A DNA stretch of 18,249 nt from Syntrophomonadaceae bacterium (GTDB lineage Bacteria > Bacillota > Syntrophomonadia > Syntrophomonadales > Syntrophomonadaceae). Position 1 is the stretch's first letter, and each line of letters opens with the position of its first letter. The notes under the pieces were generated by a model. The model was not told where the DNA came from. It made no database searches and saw only the letters and a list, made by a program, of their open reading frames with translations. Location of the stretch: NCBI GenBank assembly GCA_035353375.1, contig DAOPZM010000018.1, forward strand, positions 37,436 to 55,684, written 5' to 3'. Made by a program: the position numbers and the translations under genes. This document shows, in pieces, positions 15,001-18,249 of this stretch.

Positions 15001-16167
15001 GGTAATGTTGAAGCTACCCGGGGCAACTGGGAGAGAGCCCAGCAGTATTACCAGGACAGCCTGAAGATTAAAAAGGAATTAGTAAGTCTTTTCCCTGAAA
15101 ACGTTCAGTACAAGCGAGATCTATCTGTAGGCTATAACAAACTGGCCAATGTGGAGGAGAACCGGAACAAATGGGAAAAAGTCCGGTTATATTTCCAGAA
15201 CATCCTGGAGATTACGGAAGAATTAATAAGCCTATCCCCTGAAAATGTCCAGTACAAGCAGGATCTATCTGTAGGCTATAACAAACTGGCCAATGTGGAA
15301 GAGATCCGCGGTAATTGGGATAGAGCCCGGCAGTATTATGAAGAAAGCCTGAAAATTGTAAAAGAATTAGTAAGGATTTCCCCGGAAAATGCCCGGTACA
15401 AGCGGGATTTGTTCGTAAGCTATATCAGGCTGGGCGGAGTAGAAGAGAACCGGTGTAACTGGGAAGGAGCCAGGCAGTATTATGAGGAAAGCCTGGAGAT
15501 GGTAAAAGAACAGGTCAGGATTTCCCCGGAATTCACCCAGTACAAGCGGGATCTGTTCGTAAGCTATATCAGGCTGGGGGGAGTGGAAGAGAACCGGGGC
15601 AACTGGGAAGGAGCCCGGCAGTATTACCAGGACAGCCTGGAGATTACAGAAGAATTAGTCAACCTTTCTCCAGAAACTGCCCAGTTTAAGTTGGATTTGT
15701 CAACGACCCAAGTTAGACTGGGCAATGTGGAAGAGAGGCAGGGCAACTGGGAAAAAGCCCGCGTTTACTACCAGGAGAGCCTGCAGATCACAAAAGAATT
15801 AATCAGCATTTCCCCGGAAACTACCCAGTTAAAGCGGGATTTGTTTGTAAGCTATATCAGACTGGGCGGAGTAGAAGAGAATCGGTGTAACTGGGAAGGA
15901 GCCCGGCAGTATTTCAAGGACAGCCTGGAGACTATAAAAGAATTAGTTAGCCTTTTCCCGGAAAGCGCCCAGTTAAAGCGGGATCTGTTTGTAAGCTATA
16001 TCAGACTGGGTGGGGTGGAAAAGAGGCAAGGCAACTTGGAGATGACCCGGCAGTATTATCATGACAGCCTGGAGATTGTAAAAGAATTAGTTAGCCTTTT
16101 CCCAGAAAGCTCGCAGTATAGAGGAGATTTGTCTATAATCTGCGATAAGATGAAAGAAGTGGAATAG
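12097..16167 (+). CDS. DUF4062 (TIR-like fold) - STAND P-loop NTPase (NACHT/NB-ARC-like) - 12x 48-aa TPR-like repeat protein, 1356 aa
   Basis: GGGGGGAGAGG RBS at 12083-12093, 57 nt after the RyR stop. N-terminus IFISSTFRDMHAERGYL...DLRWGV...CLNEIERSRPFMIVLLGDRYGWVPP is the DUF4062 signature. Walker A GEPGAGKST (aa 301-309), Walker B VIVMIDALNEF (aa 386-396), sensor-1-like ARLLITTIT. Helical linker, then tandem TPR-like repeats from aa 765 to the C-terminus. Confidence 0.92.
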   Translation: MDNIVKWHSQGIFISSTFRDMHAERGYLQDIVFPELEKRLRESAYPYHIEPIDLRWGVETAGLNEQQQKETEVLKVCLNEIERSRPFMIVLLGDRYGWVPPAVNIKRAIEGTGYSCDINGRSVTALEIEYGILNSLAEYKRCFFYFRNPLPYENMPANTAARYSDRYNPDEQASYPKLQALKQRIKETGHGPVREYWADWNQSDQEVSGLEAFGDLVTEDLWQAIQEECRRTIEEQPRTWQEEEQWLLEQYIENRYPYYHSASLIQQQMAASIRQQAVQSLKDFLLSPPGSGTARGICLAGEPGAGKSTLFARLCREMQQEDVLILAHAGGIGSRAGNSQTMLRLWIQAMNKFLGLKDTSDSLDTRKETEDTFAELLSRSAVKKRVIVMIDALNEFQDSQAKYLTWLPEIWPNNARLLITTITGAEPKVRNLEIKYLAALTKNEATAVCQVICSRYHKTLNSQVEKIILSHKHNDQPSYGNPLWIQLAINEILTLDEDDYARLEKDELQGTAEARLLSMLLDTAQKLPPDVPGLYQSLTEKLENLFGASQVKSLLSLIAVSRMGLRESDLKQLVPVMTGEAWQDLTFARIRNYLGSHLVQRGTENLWNFFHQQAKISVMNRYLKNEADLKNLHAVIAAYLETLTRQDPLRINEIMYHYIHADDKLKAAKYYGAYDLNDQEIQGAAQALASHIINNSHDEALEWVCSLLQSPLSADEICIIANHNNAYLLTYLEHFVSLADQTVLLNTAKTALIKIVDEHSDNLIYRRNLSVSYDRLGRAEATRGNWAGARQYYQNSLEIRKELAKLYPDNAEYRRELFVSYDRLGEVEETRGNWEGAMQYYQDSLKIIKELVRLYPDNTQYKRDLYISCQKMGGVAEPRGNWEGARQYYQDSLEMIKELVNLFPDSTQYNQDLSIGYNRLANVEETRGNWEIARVYYGDSLEITKELVRFFPENARFKWDLSINYINLGNVEATRGNWERAQQYYQDSLKIKKELVSLFPENVQYKRDLSVGYNKLANVEENRNKWEKVRLYFQNILEITEELISLSPENVQYKQDLSVGYNKLANVEEIRGNWDRARQYYEESLKIVKELVRISPENARYKRDLFVSYIRLGGVEENRCNWEGARQYYEESLEMVKEQVRISPEFTQYKRDLFVSYIRLGGVEENRGNWEGARQYYQDSLEITEELVNLSPETAQFKLDLSTTQVRLGNVEERQGNWEKARVYYQESLQITKELISISPETTQLKRDLFVSYIRLGGVEENRCNWEGARQYFKDSLETIKELVSLFPESAQLKRDLFVSYIRLGGVEKRQGNLEMTRQYYHDSLEIVKELVSLFPESSQYRGDLSIICDKMKEVE
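12127..12399 (+). other. DUF4062 domain (N-(deoxy)ribosyltransferase/TIR-like fold), putative effector module
   Basis: aa 11-101. Conserved FISSTF-x-D-x-x-x-ER at the start (candidate catalytic Glu24) and hhhLG-x-RYGW at the end. Confidence 0.75.
12985..13365 (+). other. STAND NTPase core (Walker A to sensor-1-like strand)
   Basis: ICLAGEPGAGKSTLFARL (Lys307) ... KRVIVMIDALNEF (Asp391) ... NARLLITTIT. Confidence 0.85.
14389..16164 (+). repeat. Tandem coding repeat: 12 complete 144-nt (48-aa) TPR-like units plus a 16-codon partial unit
   Basis: Unit boundaries were checked at 14389, 14533 and 16117 (each starts with TAT = Tyr). Consensus: Y(K/R)RDL(S/F)V(S/G)Y(x)(R/K)L(G/A)xVEExRGNWEGARQYYQDSLEIxKELVxLxPExxQ. 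Adjacent units 6/7, 8/9 and 11/12 share long, nearly identical nucleotide stretches. Confidence 0.95.
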
Positions 16168-16343
16168 CACCGGGAGTAACTGGCTATAATAAAAATTCAA
16201 AACTCGCAAAGATGGTTTATATGCTTAAGATTTGCCTGAAAACCCTGAAAAGTATAAAGAAAAAAAATAAAGCACGGACAAGATTATTTAAACCCGGGAA
16301 TTTCTTTAGCGATGTTATCTGCAGGATGTGGTACTTCAATCAA

Positions 16344-16403
16344 CTGATACCATTAATTTAATGGTTTCTGATACTTATTATCATGTCAGTCCTGCCATAT
16401 AAT
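16344..16403 (+). promoter_or_regulatory. Candidate pdxST promoter with an upstream palindrome flanked by direct repeats
   Basis: 17-nt palindrome ACCATTAA-T-TTAATGGT (16349-16365), bracketed by CTGATAC at 16344-16350 and 16368-16374. -35-like TTATTA (16375-16380), 17-nt spacer, TATAAT (16398-16403). Confidence 0.4.
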
Positions 16404-16444
16404 TAAACACATAATTTTACTATTCAAAACAAGGAGTGTTTAAA

Positions 16445-17317
16445 GTGAATGAGCGCTATGAATTGAACAAAAACCTGGCTCAAATGCTCAAGGGCGGAGT
16501 TATCATGGATGTGAGCACTCCGGAGCAGGCTCGTATTGCTGAGGAAGCAGGGGCTTGTGCAGTTATGGCTTTGGAAAGGATCCCGGCAGACATAAGAGCA
16601 GCGGGAGGGGTCTCACGGATGAGCGACCCAAAAATGATCAAAAGCATCCAGCAGGCAGTATCCATTCCGGTCATGGCCAAAGTCCGGATCGGACATTTTG
16701 TGGAAGCCCAGATACTGGAGGCTATTGAAATCGATTATATCGATGAAAGCGAAGTTCTTTCCCCGGCCGATGATATTTATCACATCAATAAAAATGATTT
16801 CGCAGTTCCTTTCGTATGCGGTGCCAAAGATCTTGGTGAAGCTTTAAGAAGGATCAGTGAAGGCGCTGCCATGATAAGGACCAAAGGTGAACCGGGAACC
16901 GGGGATATAATCCAGGCTGTCCGCCATATGAGATTAATCAACAAACAGATAAGGCAGTTGCAGAACATGCGGGAAGATGAACTTTTCCAGGCCGCCAAGG
17001 AGTTGCAGGTCAGCTGTGAACTGGTTTCATATGTTCATGAAAACGGCCGGCTGCCGGTGGTTAATTTTGCTGCCGGGGGGATTGCTACTCCTGCCGATGC
17101 CGCATTGATGATGCAGTTGGGAGCGGAGGGTGTATTTGTAGGCTCCGGTATTTTCAAATCGGGTAATCCGGCGAAAAGAGCTCAGGCAATCGTTAAAGCA
17201 GTGACCAATTTTTATGATCCCAAGATCCTGGCTGAGATATCGGAGGATTTAGGCGAAGCTATGGTAGGCATCAATGAACAGGAAATTGAACTTTTAATGG
17301 CGGAAAGAGGCAAATAA
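16445..17317 (+). CDS. pdxS: Pyridoxal 5'-phosphate synthase, lyase subunit PdxS
   Basis: Near-collinear similarity to Bacillus subtilis PdxS as I recall it: [111 protein letters not shown] prefer GTG 16445, 8 nt after AAGGAG at 16431-16436; the track start GTG 16436 overlaps that RBS. Confidence 0.95.
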   Translation: MNERYELNKNLAQMLKGGVIMDVSTPEQARIAEEAGACAVMALERIPADIRAAGGVSRMSDPKMIKSIQQAVSIPVMAKVRIGHFVEAQILEAIEIDYIDESEVLSPADDIYHINKNDFAVPFVCGAKDLGEALRRISEGAAMIRTKGEPGTGDIIQAVRHMRLINKQIRQLQNMREDELFQAAKELQVSCELVSYVHENGRLPVVNFAAGGIATPADAALMMQLGAEGVFVGSGIFKSGNPAKRAQAIVKAVTNFYDPKILAEISEDLGEAMVGINEQEIELLMAERGK

Positions 17318-18249
17318 TGCAGCAGACCATCGGTGTTTTAGCAATACAGGGAGCTTTTGCTGAACATATTCAGGTTCTCCACCAGCTTGCGGTCAACTGC
17401 CTGGAAATAAGGAAGAAAGAGGATATTACCGCAAATCATCTGGACGGTATGATTCTGCCCGGCGGAGAAAGTACGGTTATGGGCAAGCTGCTGATTGAGC
17501 TTGATATGATCGATCGTTTAAGGCAGATGATAAATGACGGCCGGCCGGTTTTAGGGACCTGTGCCGGTTTGATCCTGCTGGCCAAAAGAATTGTCAATGA
17601 CAGTCATGTTTACCTGGGGACCATGGACATAATGGCCAAAAGAAATGCCTACGGGCGCCAACTGGGGAGCTTTCATACAGTTGCCGGCTTCAAGGGCATT
17701 GGGGAAGTTCCCATGACCTTTATAAGGGCGCCTTATATTGAATCCGCAGCAGAAAATGTTGAGGTACTAGCGAAAGTTGATAATTATATAGTTGCCGCCC
17801 GGCAGGATAATATGCTGGTAACCGCGTTCCACCCGGAGCTGACAGATGATTTAAGGATCCATGAGTATTTCCTTGGCATGATCAGGAGTAAAGCGGCAGA
17901 CAAGCAGGTTAAGTTATCAGCTTCAGCATTCGGACAAAGTCCGGAAACCGTTAAAGCAGAAGATGCGGATTTTTCTGCAGTTCCCAATGATCCTGAATAC
18001 GGATTGGTTCCGGAGAAACCAATCTATACATATGGTGTACCTGGATCTTATCAGTATCTTGACAGCCTGAGAACAAGTACGGGGGAAAGATTGATCTGGC
18101 AAAGATACGGTTCCAGGCGTGTCGAAGGAATTGATGGCTTTATAGATATATATGACGGATTACTGCCTTCAGGTAAAATTTATCAAAGATTATATGTAAA
18201 TATGTATGGCAAGAGTAATTCAACAGCTGCCCCCAAGGGGTTTGTATTA
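17317..18249 (+). CDS. pdxT: PLP synthase glutaminase subunit PdxT with an in-frame C-terminal extension; 3'-truncated by the window edge and absent from the supplied ORF track
   Basis: ATG 17317 overlaps the pdxS stop (TAATG). I translated all 311 codons by hand and found no stop before base 18249. PdxT motifs: IGVLAIQGA, LPGGESTVMGKL, GTCAGLILLA (catalytic Cys), RNAYGRQ, AFHPELT (His/Glu). Normal PdxT ends shortly after ...YFLGMI (~17885). Here ~120 further codons continue in frame. Confidence 0.88.
   Translation, partial: MQQTIGVLAIQGAFAEHIQVLHQLAVNCLEIRKKEDITANHLDGMILPGGESTVMGKLLIELDMIDRLRQMINDGRPVLGTCAGLILLAKRIVNDSHVYLGTMDIMAKRNAYGRQLGSFHTVAGFKGIGEVPMTFIRAPYIESAAENVEVLAKVDNYIVAARQDNMLVTAFHPELTDDLRIHEYFLGMIRSKAADKQVKLSASAFGQSPETVKAEDADFSAVPNDPEYGLVPEKPIYTYGVPGSYQYLDSLRTSTGERLIWQRYGSRRVEGIDGFIDIYDGLLPSGKIYQRLYVNMYGKSNSTAAPKGFVL

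Noticed and set aside
14389-16164. A regular 144-nt tandem periodicity that could superficially suggest a CRISPR-like or satellite array
   Set aside because: It lies entirely inside one long open reading frame. There is no repeat/unique-spacer alternation, and the units translate into a coherent 48-aa TPR-like motif. It is a coding repeat.
16212-16361. Small 49-codon ORF (MVYMLKICLKTLKSIKKKNKARTRLF...) in the spacer between the STAND gene and pdxS
   Set aside because: There is no Shine-Dalgarno sequence. The composition is lysine-rich, simply reflecting AT-rich DNA, and the ORF runs through the palindrome that looks regulatory. It is probably non-coding. Ribosome profiling or cross-genome conservation could revive it.
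11359-16435. Terminal inverted or direct repeats, att sites or mobility genes delimiting the RyR/STAND cassette
   Set aside because: I compared the two flanks by eye and found only short A/T-rich similarities expected by chance. There is no integrase, transposase or tRNA, so I do not call a mobile element.
16480-17987. Antisense ORFs 16480-16680, 16780-16998 and 17784-17987
   Set aside because: They lie opposite the highly conserved pdxS and pdxT coding sequences and have no recognisable motifs.

Overview
This 18.2-kb window looks like a Firmicutes/Clostridia-type genome. That placement is inference only, from an SLH-anchored surface protein and strong GGAGG-type ribosome-binding sites. Every gene I can support is on the + strand, and they fall into three blocks.

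(i) 1-11358 is an extracytoplasmic locus built around a WtpABC-type tungstate/molybdate ABC importer. It holds a 5'-truncated giant SLH-anchored protein with transcobalamin-like (DUF4430) modules and repeated sulfite-oxidase-fold (molybdopterin-binding-domain-like) modules. It also holds a secreted purple-acid-phosphatase-like metallophosphoesterase, two small membrane-anchored proteins carrying the same module, wtpA-wtpB-wtpC, and a PKD-domain paralogue.

(ii) 11755-16167 is a two-gene cassette flanked by long AT-rich non-coding DNA. It encodes a 94-aa stand-alone RyR (ryanodine-receptor repeat) domain protein, followed by a 1356-aa protein with an N-terminal DUF4062 (TIR-like fold) domain, a STAND P-loop NTPase, and twelve tandem 48-aa TPR-like repeats. 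This is my top candidate for an undescribed NLR-like conflict/defence system.

(iii) 16445-18249 is pdxS-pdxT. pdxT is missing from the supplied ORF track because it has no stop codon in the window. It carries an unusual in-frame C-terminal extension of about 120 codons that runs off the window edge.

I recognised no rRNA, tRNA, CRISPR array, transposase or integrase. All domain calls are by-eye motif recognition and need HMM or structure confirmation.
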